DNA from: Eledone cirrhosa
Lineage: Eukaryota
Assembly (NCBI GenBank): GCA_964016885.1
Contig: OZ024747.1
Location: forward strand, 85,002,001 to 85,066,000
DNA: 64,000 bases
Direction of reading: 5' to 3'
Shown here in pieces: positions 1-14,540 of this stretch (position 1 is its first letter; the number at the start of each line of letters is the position of its first letter). Made by a program: the position numbers and the translations under genes. Below the pieces are notes generated by a model, which saw nothing but the letters and a program-made list of their open reading frames with translations, ran no database searches and was not told the origin of the DNA.

Positions 1-717
<717 letters not shown>

Positions 718-738
718 TATATATATAAATATATATAT

Positions 739-828
<90 letters not shown>

Positions 829-832
829 TATA

Positions 833-915
<83 letters not shown>

Positions 916-923
<8 letters not shown>

Positions 924-1672
924 TAAATCATATCCTTAGAATTATTAGATAAAATATATACCATTTCCTCTCCCAATTAGCATATTAACCATATATTTTT
1001 TTTATATGGTTAATATGCTAATTGGGAGAGGAAATGGTATATATTTTATCTAATATTCTAAGGACATGATTTATGATATATTGCTCTGATTATTTAATTT
1101 ATTAATTCTTCATTGAGCCACAACGTGACCGGTTGCCACATATATATCTGTGACTTTATGTATATGTAAATCTTTATATTTAATAATCTCCCGTTGGGTT
1201 GAGATGCAATTGGGCGATATTGGGCTGCGCTTTCTAGCAACCACCCTACCCGCCGTAAGCAACTAATCACATTCTTTCTAACTTGACCACTGCCACGTCA
1301 CGATTCTTAGCCATTTTCGAATCTATTTTTGGCGCGATCGCTTTGGAAAATTAACTGTCCAACAGAGTTTGTCTCCTGAAGAGTCTGTTACTCTAGATTC
1401 ATCCTAACAATAGGATATCTAAAAATACGGACGAAACCATGGTAGAGATGTGATTACAGTATGAACACGTTTCTTCTAAGTTTAAATTTACACCTAATTG
1501 TGTATGGTTGACGGTATATTTAGTCAGTTTCTACATGCTGTTGAAATGTTGGTTAAATACTCTATTGGGGTCACCGCGAAGAGGCCGCTTTCGGTTATTT
1601 ATCAAATATTTCTTCATAGGAGCCTTTATTCTTATAGCTCTTCTAATTGTTTTTTTTATATGGTTAATATGC

Positions 1673-1675
<3 letters not shown>
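916..1675 (+). mobile_element. PLE-type pseudo-LTR cassette: 5' inverted repeat, HHR and short terminal direct repeat, inserted in (TA)n
   Basis: Inverted arms at about 916-993 / 1003-1081. TTTTTTTTATATGGTTAATATGCTA occurs at about 996-1020 and again at about 1650-1674. HHR at 1370-1450. Confidence 0.7.
1370..1450 (+). ncRNA. Type I hammerhead ribozyme
   Basis: Stem I TGTCTC/GAGATG; CTGAAGA 1376-1382; stem II GTCTGT...ACGGAC; GAAA 1433-1436; palindromic stem III AC-CATG-GT; cleavage triplet GUA. Confidence 0.8.
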
Positions 1676-1706
<31 letters not shown>

Positions 1707-2024
1707 CTCGAAGTAAACGGAAAAGAACGTCACAAACGGTAGAGTACAATAAAACAAAATACATTAGTTTAACGTTTGATATTGTAAGAAAATAGTCTGG
1801 AACAACACACCTAGTTGAAGAATTTAAAGTTGTAGTATCCTACTGGAAGAAACAAATACCATCTTCCGGCCTGAATTGTTATGTGTACTTTTAGAATTAA
1901 TGAACTTTTCTACTTAACACACATACGTACACCCACTGAACCCCCCCCCCACACACACACATACACACGCACACACACACAACGAAAATCAAAACAAACC
2001 ATATGAAAGGGAACAGGTAGTAAA

Positions 2025-2505
2025 TAATTGTTTCTGCTTTTGACACAAGACCAGCAATTACCCAGTGCATTACTGGTACTTTATTTTAACGACTCCGTAA
2101 GGATGAAAGGCAAAGTTAGCCTTGGCGGGATTTGAACTCAGACCATAAAAGGCCGTAACTCTGTGCTGCAAAACATGGCGTCAGACTCTTTACTGATACT
2201 GCCAATCCACTGCCTTGGAGTTTCTACTTTTGGCACAAGGCCAGCGTTACTCCAGTGCACCACTGGTACTTTATTTTATCGACCTCGTAAGGATGAAAGG
2301 CAAAGTTAACCTCGGCGGATTTGAACTCAGAACGCAAAGGGCCATAACTATGTTGCATAGCATGGTGTCTGACGCTCTACCGATACTGCCAAACCACCGC
2401 CAAATAATGGCGATTATTTTAACTTGTAAAATTTTCCTTGTAAAATGGCAAGGGCCGTAACTTTATACGTCAAAGCATGGCGTCCCATCCTCTACCGATA
2501 CTGTA
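2025..2505 (-). mobile_element. Cluster of tRNA-derived SINE family A copies
   Basis: Repeated GGCACAAGGCCAGC...TTTTATCGACCCCGTAAGGATGAAAGGCAAAGTTAACCTCGGCGGGATTTGAACTCAG; A and B boxes are on the minus strand. Confidence 0.85.
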
Positions 2506-3023
2506 GCCTCTCTCGGTTTTGACAATGAGTGTTCCCGTTATTCAAATGATTGAGCATTCCACAGACACGTGTACCCATCCATAACATAATTCTCAAGATG
2601 ATTCAGCATGACACTGTGCAGTCCATTGTACGTGATTCAAAACAGCTTTTGTCTACTTAATTTCACTGACAAAGCTTGACATTTGCCCAAGAATCCACGC
2701 TGTGGGAGCGAACTCGTGATAATATGATTGTGTAGTAAACTTCTTAAACATTCGGCCACAACAAAAACATCAGAACACATAAACCAAAACATGGTGAAAC
2801 CAGTTGGTAAACATTTCCTTGTATAGGTGGCTTTGTTTATTGTTTTTGTTTTTTTTTGTATTTTTTTGTTAGGTTTCATATGATTTGTTCGTATCTGTTG
2901 TTGGTTTGTATGGCACACCTCGAAAGAAAAAGAGAATTGCGCACGATATATACATCAATATGTCTCTACGGAAACGGTCACTTATATGAAGAACTTTAAA
3001 TTTATATATATACATATATACAT

Positions 3024-3163
<140 letters not shown>

Positions 3164-3469
3164 AACAGGAGTGTTATTTATCTTGGTTGTTACGTAGTAA
3201 CTTCCTGATGATAAACTGGTTCTAGTGATCCAAAGCACTACACGTCAGTAGTTTATCCCAGGTAGGTGATATTGAGTGACGGATTATTCATTTATTAAAT
3301 AATTGTTTCTACTTTAGGCACAAGGCCAGCAATTACCCAGTACATTACTGGTACTTTATTTTATCGACCCCGTAAGGATGAAAGGCAAAGTCAACCTCGG
3401 CGGGATTTGAACAATTCATTTATTAAATAATGGTAGTTGCATGGTTATTTATGTGACTTCGTCAGAGGC

Positions 3470-3561
3470 TTACGCAATCATAGGTGCAGTTACGCAATCA
3501 TAGGTGCAGTTATGCAATCATAGGTGCAGTTATGCAATCATAGGTGCAGTTATGCAATCAT
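3470..3561. repeat. 20-bp minisatellite (TTA(C/T)GCAATCATAGGTGCAG), about 4.5 copies
   Basis: Direct tandem repeats visible in the sequence. Confidence 0.9.
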
Positions 3562-3644
3562 TGTGATATGCCGGTGGCCATGCACATCCATCCCGTGGTG
3601 AAGTAGATCGGCATATGAATAACCATGTAACAGAAATATATATA

Positions 3645-3822
3645 ATTGTTTCTACTTTTGGCACAAGGCCAGCAATTAAACCAGTGCATTACTGGTACTT
3701 TATTTTATCGACCCCGTAAGGATGAAAGGCAAAGTTAACCTCGGCGGGATTTGAACTCAGGGCCGTAACTCTATGCGTCAAAGCATGGCGTCAGACTCTC
3801 TACCGATACTGCCAATCCACCC
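3645..3822 (-). mobile_element. SINE family A copy (a partial copy is also at 3300-3412)
   Basis: Same consensus as 18704-18894. Confidence 0.85.
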
Positions 3823-4385
3823 ATATATAATGCAGGTGGTTTATATTCAAAGGGTTAAATGGTATTTGGAACATAACTTAATGAAGGATCTTACACAAAA
3901 TTTTCATGGAAGGTTTTTAGATAAATTTAAACACTTTAAAACAAGCAGTTTTATATCGTAGAAACAAGAGCAGTTTCGGGTGATTTGCTATTAAATTTAG
4001 CTGGTGTTTGGAACAAATTCAACAAAGGTTCTTAAATAAAAGTTTTGATGGAAAGTTTTTAGATAAATATAAACAGTTTGAAAAATAAAACACTCCTATA
4101 TTGTAGAAACAGGGCTGATTTCAGGCGGTTTGGTATCAACAGGGTTAAATGAGACTGGTTTGTTACATGGCCACCAATTCAGAGTGTTATTGAAGACTTT
4201 GTTTTGAGAAGTGATATTAATGTCTGTCTCGTGATAGTTGGTGTCTAGGGTGGGTATGGATGACATCTGTATTGTGTAAAATGTTAAAGCCTGAGGATGG
4301 CGTCATCCAATTACGAAATATCAGTGTATAGAATTAACTGTAGGTCGTTGATCTAATATTGAATCACAAGATGCTCTAAAATATA

Positions 4386-4583
4386 CACGCCTGGCTGAGT
4401 GATTAAAGAATTTGATTCGCAATCGTGAGGTTGTGCGTTCGATTTCCGGACCGGGTGATGCGTTATGGCCTTGGGCAAGACACTTTATTTCACGTTGCTC
4501 TTTCTACCTGGAGTTACGGCCGATAGATAGTATTAGCAATTGGAAAGACCAATGGAAACATTGTTTCCTCGGTCCGATTTGAC
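4386..4583 (+). mobile_element. tRNA-derived CORE-like SINE family B copy
   Basis: B box GTTCGATT; CCTTGGGCAAGACACTTTATTTCACGTTGCTC core; near-identical to 33371-33571. Confidence 0.75.
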
Positions 4584-4668
4584 GTTCGAATTTAGCCGTC
4601 GAAACGGCCGGAGCTCAGCCGTCGGGGTCCTGAATCTTTTCATATATATATATATATATACACACACA

Positions 4669-4727
<59 letters not shown>

Positions 4728-4766
4728 ATATTAAATAAATGGAAATTATATTTATAAAACCATATT

Positions 4767-4829
4767 TATTTCATTATATATATTTCAAGGGTACCAAAAG
4801 ACTTTGGTACGCTTTCTTCAGATAAAATA
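4767..4829 (-). ncRNA. Type I hammerhead ribozyme at the PLE 3' end
   Basis: Minus strand: TATTTTAT-CTGAAGA-AAGCGTACCAAAGTCTTTTGGTACCCTT-GAAA-TATATA-TA-ATGAAATA. Confidence 0.85.
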
Positions 4830-5022
4830 CAAAGTTTGTTTTATAAATAGAGACATACCCAGGAAATCCTACCTTATCAGTTGGATATTCTCTGGATAGT
4901 GGAAATGTATTAGGGATTTTTCAAACTTATGGGTGAATATGCAAATGAATATGTAAATAATTGAAAAACAACCGTTTATTTAAACGACTATGGAGAGAGA
5001 GAAGAGAGAAGAGAAGAAGGAC

Positions 5023-5073
<51 letters not shown>

Positions 5074-5977
5074 AGGAAAAAAGCGAAGATGAATAAAAAA
5101 ACTCATATAACGTTAATTTGAGGGAAATAAATTCGAACAATTATCTATGTATATATGTAAATATATATCTTAATAATATGTGTATTTATATTAAAAGGAT
5201 ATTTTACGATTATTAGTTGTTTAACATTTGTTTATAATAAAATAATTTTCATTCGTTTATAAGTAGATAAATAAATAAATAAATAAATAGATGGGTATAT
5301 CATGTTATAGATAGTTGTTCTGATGAGTTATGAGAGATATTGGTTTTATGTAAATAAATATGTATTTAAAATTGAGAATGATTTAAAATTAAATTAAATT
5401 AACTGAGTTAAGTAGGAATATTTATATTTATATGATTGAAAAGGGAAGATAAGGAAAAAACTCCGGTTTTATTTATTTATTTGTTAGTGTGAGACTATTT
5501 AGTCAAAATAAGTAAGGATGTTTAAGAATCATTTAGCCAGAATCAGTTAGTGGTTATTAATCTATTGAAAAAATATTGAGAAAATATTGAAAAAATATTG
5601 AAAAAATATTGAAAAAATATATTGAAAAAATATTGAAAAAATATATTGAAAAAATATTGAAAATTTTTTTTTTAAATCGTGAGAAAAATTTTGAAAAGAT
5701 TTTTGAGAAAAAATCTTTTTAAAAAATAATTTTTTAAGAGATAAGTAATTTTTAAAGAAATAAAAAATTAAAAAAATTAAAAAATTATTAAAATGAAAAT
5801 AAAAACAAAAACTTTTAAAAAATTAGAATTATATACGTATATATTATATGAAAATATTTAAGAAGTGGAGGTACAGAAAATGTTAGAGATATGATTTAAA
5901 GTTATCAATATATTAAAACCAAGTAGATGAGATTGTTATGGAGATTAATAGGAATATTATAAGTATAATTATAAGTT

Positions 5978-6894
5978 ACTAGCAGTGGTACCCGGCGTTG
6001 CACGGGATAAGGTATATTGGAACGCGGGCCGCCAACAGACCTAATCGTGGAAAAACTGCATGCGAGGACAATATGTAAAGAAAATAAACCGAATACTCTG
6101 ATGGGTGAATAATCTTTTAGATTTTCCTCGATGAAGCAGGAAAAATACAGGTTTTCACCTAATGGGGATCAAGAAAATGAATTTTTTTTATGTGCATAAT
6201 ATGCCTTGAAATTTCGGGAAAATCAGCTAGACGTTTATGCCTCAAAAAAGCCCTAAAAAGCTGAAAAATGAAGTTTTTCACCCAATGCGGGCCCTAGGCC
6301 ATAAAAAAGTTGGATTTTCTTTGCTCAGGGTATGAAGAAGAGACTGACTAATACCTAGTTACAATTTCAAGGAAATCAGTCTGACGCAACGCCCCCAAAA
6401 AACCCTAAAAACCTGAAAAAATGTAGTTTTTCAACTAATGCCCTAGGGGATCAAAAAGTTGAATTTTTTTATGTGCATAACACCCCTCAAACATAAGTAA
6501 TACACATGTAAAGTTTGAAAAAATCGCTTGGGTACTTCTCGAGTTTTAGGGATTCAAACTCACAGACACACACACACACACAGACAGACATCCCCAGGGA
6601 AGTGACGTAATGCAGACAGTCAGACATACAGACAGATATTATAAGGGCGCGACGTTGTATGTATGTATCTATCTAAAAAGAGAAAGACTAAGAATTATAG
6701 AGAGAGATCGCTAAATCGCCTAATGCGGTCCTTAGGGCATTGAAAATTTGAAAATTTCTTTGCTCAGAACACGCCCTGAAACATAAGTATTACATGTGTA
6801 AAGTTTGAAAACAGTTGGTTGGGTGGTTCTAGAGTTTTAGGGATTCAAACTCACACACACACAGACAGACATCCTCAGTTTTATATATATAGAT
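5978..6894 (+). mobile_element. Non-autonomous Helitron/Helentron-like (Lep1/HINE-type) element
   Basis: 5' ACTAGCAGTGGTACCCGGCGTTGCACGGG hairpin; internal tandem duplicated blocks; 3' (CAGA)n followed by TTTTATATATATAGAT; splits the PLE just at its ORF end. Confidence 0.7.
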
Positions 6895-8510
6895 ACATAG
6901 TTCTGAATGTTGAATTCTGGCGATGTCTACAAGAATTAAATAAGTTTTTACAGTTAAGTATATAAAAAATTTCCTCACTACACAATTTGCAGAATCTAGA
7001 TAAAGCTATGTTTCGATACGCAGGTGCTTCTGAAACTGTTTCCCATGCTAATGAATAGTCTATATTCTTGCATTTTAAGTTCCATATCAGGTTTGAAAGA
7101 GAAGTTGAAGATTTTTTATCAAATCTTCGGAAAGAAAAATTGTGGTTATTCCAGCGAATTTTAAATTCTGTAGAAGTTGCACCTACATACTTAAATATAT
7201 TATCACTAGTTATGACTGTGCATTTATAGACCACGTTTTTATCTAAACACTTATTTTGTAGAGGACAGTTTAATTTAATTTTACAGTTACATTTTGCGGA
7301 GTTGTTGTTGCTCGTAACGGTACTATTAGGTTGGATATTGCTAGAATTATTACTGCTATTTTGGTTATTTTGGCTAGGGTTTAAATTTAAGTTTCTATTA
7401 TTAATTCTATTTATATTTTGTGCTATGTTCATAGTAGTAGAGTAGGATAGTTTTATAGTATGTCTGTTAAAGATTGAGTGGTATCTGTGGGCTTTAGGAA
7501 AACATTTGTCTAGTGCTTTAAAGAATAGCTTTGCTAAAAGTGTTTTAACGCTTAATGAGAATGGTGGTGAGTATCAAATAATATTTCTAGTTCTAGTTCT
7601 TCTGTTAGTTTTAGAGTTTAAGTTAAATTTTTTATCATTATTACAATTAATAGTAGGGTGATTTGCCTTATTATTGTTGTCGATGTATTTAATCTTATTT
7701 ATATATCCTGCTCTATTTAAAGCTTCATTATAATATTCAGCCTTATCATCAAAAATGTTTTTATTAGCAGAGATGCGCGAAATCCGTTGTTGGACACAAT
7801 TGACAATAGTGTTCTTGATAGATCTAGGATGATTAGAGTTAAAACTTACATAGTTTAGATTCTCATTAATTTTATGGAATGGATAGTAGAGCGCTGTGCT
7901 AAGGTTTAATGTTACGCCTAAAAAGTTAACGATTTTATAGTTATTCTCTATTTCTAACTTAAGGTTGTAGTTATTGAAGAATTGTATTATGGATTTTCTT
8001 TTCCTATTAATTTCACAATTACTATGATTTTCAATTAAAAGCAGCATATCATCACGATATAAACCACCGGTCTTCTCTGGTATTTTTCTCTGCAGTGTAT
8101 TTTTAATAAATAACCCCACAAGATCCATGGTGATATCAAAATTATTTTTTCTATCGGCTCTTGTCCAGAGATGATTGTTGAATTCAATTAAAGTTTTCCG
8201 TGCAGTTAAAATGATATGCATTTCTTCACTAGATAAATCTGTATGTTTAGATGCATATATAAGAGCCTTATTAAGTAAACTAGGAGTAATAGAGGAGTAG
8301 TAGTTTGCAATATCCATTTGAATGAATTTTTTGTTATGTTTCAATTTTATGTTATTGAACCAATCTATAACCTCATTAGTACCGTTCCATAGTTTTAGGT
8401 CAGATATTTCTTTAAGTTGCGGTATGATTCTATCTAATATATGTTTACTAACTATGCCTAAGTCATATTTAGATGGTGCTATAAGTCTAACTGGTAGTTC
8501 TATTTCTGGT
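6895..8510 (-). pseudogene. PLE reverse transcriptase/GIY-YIG pseudo-ORF
   Basis: ORFs 7574-9088 and 6881-7432 are in one frame, separated only by TGA at 7574-7576 (RNII*YSPPFS, a Trp in the paralog). About 9 aa of RT motif B are missing (FDITM^DLVGL versus FDVSMGVTDSAEVTDL in the copy at 26 kb). Confidence 0.85.
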
Positions 8511-8519
8511 AAATATAGA

Positions 8520-9155
<636 letters not shown>

Positions 9156-9409
9156 TAAGAAGGTGTTGTTATTGCTATTATTCTTATGATAAATGTTGTT
9201 ATTGTTGTAAAGTGATAGCCATCTTTTTGAAGAAAAGAGAAAAGTTATTTGAAAGTAATTCTAATTAAATACTTTGATAAAAAGACTGTTTACACTCCTA
9301 ATACAGTCAATAGATTCTAGTGGAAGTTTTTTGATGAATATCAACACTAAAAGTACATTAAGATATTAAGTAGGATGCAGGAAAAGTCTGAAATTATTCA
9401 TCGCGCGTA

Positions 9410-9520
9410 AATACATACATATATACATATGAACATACGTACATACATATATACGTACATACATACGTACGTACGTACGTACATACATACATACATACAT
9501 ACATACATACATACATACAC

Positions 9521-9551
<31 letters not shown>

Positions 9552-10152
9552 TATAGATACATACATACATTTGAACGTACGTACATACATATCTACATAC
9601 ATACATATGAACGTACGTACATACATATATACGTACGTACGTACATACATACATACATGCGTACGTACATACACATAGATATATATGAACGTACGTATAT
9701 ACATACATACATACATACATATGTACGTACGTACATATGTACGTACGTACATACATACATATGTACGTACATACACACATACATACATATGTACGTACGT
9801 ACATACATACATATGTACGTACGTACATACATACATAGGCACGCATACACACACATATATATATATATAGTATAGTCATACATATATGCATACATACATA
9901 CATATATACGTACGTACATACATACAAACATACATACATTCATACGTACGTACCTACATACATGCATACATACGCATATACACACATATATATATATATA
10001 GACATACATACAAGCATACGTACATACATACATACATATATATATATACACACAGAGATATATATACGAGTTTATATATATGTACATACCAGCATGCAAA
10101 CATACACGCATACATACATATACAAATACATACATACATGCATACATACATA
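9410..10152. repeat. (TACA)n/(TACG)n microsatellite field
   Basis: Direct inspection. Confidence 0.95.
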
Positions 10153-10357
10153 ATATACCAACCCGCTTGGACCAAAGTATGACTGAACTTGGATTTGCGG
10201 ACAAAAAGCGCAGCTCCCTAATTCATAGTCTACAAATGGCTGCGATAGCTGGCACCTTCAAAATTTGCAAAACATTCTTGCGATTCAAGGGATGACAATT
10301 TCTTTTCTTTTACAACCCTGCCACCGGGAGGGTGGCCGGTAAAAAAAAATATACTCG
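10153..10357 (+). mobile_element. 3'-terminal fragment of an R4/Dong-like RLE LINE
   Basis: Near-identical to 12051-12254 (IPTRLDQSMTELGF...KICKTFLRFKG* plus 3' UTR). Confidence 0.85.
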
Positions 10358-10785
10358 ACAAGTGCAGAGAGATCTCCAGAAATATAGCAATGCCTGTGCT
10401 GTGAAGCTTTTATAGTGAGCAAAGGCACTGCACAAAGCCAGTACCACTCTCTTAAACCAAGATGATATTTACCAAAAAGAAGAACAAGTCAACATCATTG
10501 GATACCATCAGGGTTGCAGGTGTTATATCAGCGTTTTCCTTCTCCTAGAATTCTGCCTTGTCAAAGGCTAAGGGGTCATCTCTCCCGGTGATTTTGGATG
10601 GCCATTGACTCTTAAGAGCTCCTTTGCCCTTTGACAGGTTTTGTTTTTAGTCCTGCAGGATGTCCAAAGTCACCCTCCTCACCAAGAAACCTTGGTGGGG
10701 TTGCCAGTTTAGTCGCCAACGACCCGACCATGAGACGGATTGTATTGGGATACATTTTACCAGTAGCACCAACTGGTGACCTGAC
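10355..10785 (-). mobile_element. Non-autonomous interspersed repeat with an RTE 5'-UTR-like segment
   Basis: Near-identical to 31385-31805 (+); contains TAGGAGAAGGAAAAC(G/T)CTGA; diverged homolog of the 20826-21180 family. Confidence 0.6.
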
Positions 10786-10857
10786 ACATACATACATACA
10801 TACATACATACATACATACATACATACATACATACATACATACATACATACATACAT

Positions 10858-11240
10858 AATTATTGGGGCACTGGGGTATGTTAGTAACTGCCTCAATACC
10901 AATCTTGAGAAACTAGGCTTCACAGGAACAGAAATAACACAACTAGTTAGGAAATTACAAGTACAATCCATTAATGGAACAGTACAAATATGTGAAACAT
11001 TCCAAAAATTTTGCATCTAATACTGCATATACACATGTACAGATACAAAGCATATACACATGCACACATACAACTTAAAACATACACATCCATACATACA
11101 ATAACATCCATATCTACATATGCATACGTACATATCTACCTAGTTGATGTTGTGCAAATTCAATGAGAGAGTCTTGTGTCTATGTTAGAAACCGACTCTC
11201 TCTATTGGTAAAAATTTGTGAAATTATAAAACCAGAAGAA
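10858..11240 (+). mobile_element. 3' end of a second R4/Dong-like subfamily
   Basis: IIIGALGYV...LEKLGF...LQVQSINGTVQICETF is homologous to the C-terminus of ORF 11519-12193. Related pieces lie at 34755-34940 and 35735-35790 (-). Confidence 0.7.
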
Positions 11241-11308
11241 CATATACATACATATATACATACATAAATACATATAGACATACATACATATATATAGACA
11301 TAGATATT

Positions 11309-11356
<48 letters not shown>

Positions 11357-11405
11357 CATACATACATATATACATACATACATATATACATACACATACG
11401 TACAT

Positions 11406-11436
<31 letters not shown>

Positions 11437-11496
11437 TACATACATACATACATACATACATACATACATACATACATACAGACATACATACATACA

Positions 11497-12272
11497 GACA
11501 TGGAGTTCCGACAAGTTTATGACATCACACCTTGAGGGATATCTCTATGCAATACAGGAACAAGAACTCCCTACCAAATATCTGCTGCACAAAAGAGGAG
11601 GGCCAGCAGCTGACAATAAATGTAGGCTATGTAAAACAAAGATCGAGGATGTAAGCCACATTGTTGCCAGCTGCGAAAGAATGTCATCTCGCTACTACCT
11701 CCCCATGAGACACGATGGGATAGCTAGAACTATCTGGAACGCACTTCGGAAAACAAAATTAACAACAAACGAGGAAGAATATATTGAGACAGATGGCACT
11801 AAGGAATACTGGTGGAACCTGAAAATAAAAACTGCCACCAAATTAAAGCACAACCGGCCTGATATTGTAGTTTGGGACCACACATTGAAAACGTGTTCTG
11901 TTGTGGAGATCAGCTGCCCACTTGATGTAAACGTTGTCAGAAAAATACAGGAGAAGGAGGACATCTACGGACCATTGATGAGGAGCTTACAAATCCAGTA
12001 TCCAAGATACACCTTTAGCTTCATACCCATCATTATTGGTGCTACGGGTTATATACCAACCCGCTTGGACCAAAGTATGACCGAACTTGGATTTGCGGAC
12101 AAAAAGCGCAGCTCCCTAATTCATAGTCTACAAATGGCTGCGATAGCTGGCACCTTCAAAATATGCAAAACATTCTTGCGATTCAAGGGATGACAATTTC
12201 TTTTCTTTTACAACCTTGCCACCAGGGAGGTGACCGGTCAAAAAAATATACTCGAAATTAAGAGAAAGAGAA
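11497..12272 (+). mobile_element. 5'-truncated R4/Dong-like non-LTR retrotransposon (CCHC knuckle + restriction-like endonuclease; ORF 11519-12193)
   Basis: AIQEQ, CRLC-x7-H-x4-C, RHD, RPDIVV...VVEISCP...EKEDIY (PD-(D/E)xK-type RLE); (CATA)n on both sides. Confidence 0.85.
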
Positions 12273-12504
12273 AACATACACGCATACATACATACATACA
12301 CACATACATACATACACACACACACATACACACACAAACATACATACATACATATGCATACATACATACATACATACATACATACATACATACATACATG
12401 ATTGCTTCGTTTTGTCAGACGATAACCGTCTCATTATTCTTTAACGTTCTTTACAATTACGTGATTTGAGATGACTCATAAGACCAGCTGATATTTTACA
12501 ATGA

Positions 12505-13870
12505 TTAGAGAAAATATAAGACACCAGATGTCACTCTTGTACATGTCTTGTACAGTCCATGTTTGGAGTTATAAACTTTGCTATATACTACATGGTATGG
12601 TATAGACTCAGAGAAAATATAAGACACCAGTTTTGGTTCATCGTCTCCATGAGATGTCACACTTGTGTCTTTGCAGTTCATGTTTAGAGTTATACACCAT
12701 GAGATGTCACTCTTGTACATGTGTCTTTGCAGTCCATGTTTGGAGTTATACACCATGAGATGTCACTCTTGTACATGTGTCTTTGCAGTCCATGTTTAGA
12801 GTTATACACCATGAGATGTCACTCTTGTACATGTGTCTTTGCAGTCCATGTTTGGAGTTATACACCATCAGATGTCACTCTTGTACAAGTGTCTTTGCAG
12901 TCCATGTTTGGAGTTATACACCATCAGATGTGACACTTGTACATGTGTCTTTGCAGTCCATGTTTGGAGTTATACACCATGAGATGTCACTCTTGTACAT
13001 GTGTTTTTGCAGTTCATGTTTAGAGTTATACACCATGAGATGTCACTCTTCTACATGTGTCTTTGCAGTCCATGTTTGGAGTTATACACCATGAGATGTC
13101 ACACTTGTACATGTGTCTTTGCAGTCCATGTTTGGAGTTATACACCATGAGATGTCACTCTTGTACATGTGTCTTTGCAGTCCATGTTTAGAGTTATACA
13201 CCATGAGATGTCACTCTTGTACATGTGTCTTTGCAGTCCATGTTTGGAGTTATACACCATGAGATGTCACTCTTGTACATGTGTCTTTGCAGTTCATGTT
13301 TGGAGTTATACACCATGAGATGTCACTATTGTACATGTGTCTTTGCAGTCCATGTTTAGAGTTATACACCATGAGATGTCACACTTGTACATGTGTCTTT
13401 GCAGTCCATGTTTAGAGTTATACACCATGGGATGTCACTATTGTACATGTGTCTTTGTAGTTCATGTTTAGAGTTATACACCATGAGATGTCACTCTTGT
13501 ACATGTGTCTTTGCAGTCCAGGTTTGGAGTTATACACCATGAGATGTCACTCTTGTACATGTGTCTTTGCAGTTCATGTTTGGAGTTATACACCATGGGA
13601 TGTCACTATTGTACATGTGTCTTTGGCGTCCATGTTTGGAGTAATGCACTTTGCTGCATGCTACATGGTATGGTATAAACCCAAAGAAAATATAAGACAC
13701 TGGTTTTGGTTCAACTTCTCCACCAGATGTCACACTTGTGCATTTGTCGTGTGCATGTGTTCATGTTTGGAGTTATACACCATGAGATGTCATTCTTGTG
13801 CATCTGTCTTTGGAGTCCATGTTTAGAGTTATACACTTTGCTCTATACTACATGGTATAGTATAGACTCG
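12505..13870. repeat. 56-bp minisatellite (GAGATGTCACTCTTGTACATGTGTCTTTGCAGTCCATGTTTGGAGTTATACACCAT), about 18 core units plus longer variant units at both edges
   Basis: Period of 56 (e.g. 12701, 12757); no unique spacers. Confidence 0.95.
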
Positions 13871-14016
13871 TAACTACTTGTGCACTGTAGTGATATATCA
13901 TACACATTTTAACCTGGCGGAGTGCATCCCTCTCCAGAATGTTATCTGTCCATCTTGTTCAGGTTCTACCCCTGGGTTTCCTACCTGTTGGTTTCGCCCG
14001 TAATATATATATATTT

Positions 14017-14240
14017 TATTCACATGACCTCTACCGACCAATCAAAATTGTTTTGACCACAAGAATTTTTGCAAACACCAAGTAGCGCTGGAGCCACTTT
14101 TTTAACATAAAAACAGTCTTGGCGCAAAATCAATTTTTTATATTCACATGACCTCTACCGACCAATCAAAATTGTTTTGACCACAAGAATTTTTGCAACA
14201 TCAAAGTAGCGCTGGAGCCACTTTGTTAACATAAAAACAG
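14017..14240. repeat. Tandem duplication of about 100 bp (period about 123 bp)
   Basis: TATTCACATGACCTCTACCGACCAATC...ACATAAAAACAG occurs twice. Confidence 0.85.
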
Positions 14241-14456
14241 GTAGAATTCCCAAAACTAATCAGATCAGAGCAAACAACACGGACACTCTATCTCAAAATT
14301 ATTTTTGAAAAGCATTTAGAAATGCGCAACCGGTAAAAACTTAAAAACTTAAATCCACAACTGAATACTAACCCATACAATTACTAATACTCTTTTATTC
14401 CTAATTAAACCATTTTTCAACTGTGAACAATTTGTCACCATTTTCTATTCCGTTTA

Positions 14457-14507
<51 letters not shown>

Positions 14508-14540
14508 ATACTATATACTATATTCTATATATTGTATACG

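Noticed and set aside
3200-3270. CTGATGA followed by a hairpin (HHR or SECIS candidate)
   Set aside because: No GAAA follows the helix and there is no 3' GA for a SECIS quartet.
7574-7576. In-frame TGA as selenocysteine or programmed readthrough
   Set aside because: It aligns with the conserved Trp of WFNPP in the paralog, the copy also has an RT motif deletion, and I recognised no SECIS.
12646-13645. Regular repeat array resembling CRISPR
   Set aside because: The 56-bp units are contiguous with no unique spacers, the context is eukaryotic, and there are no cas genes.
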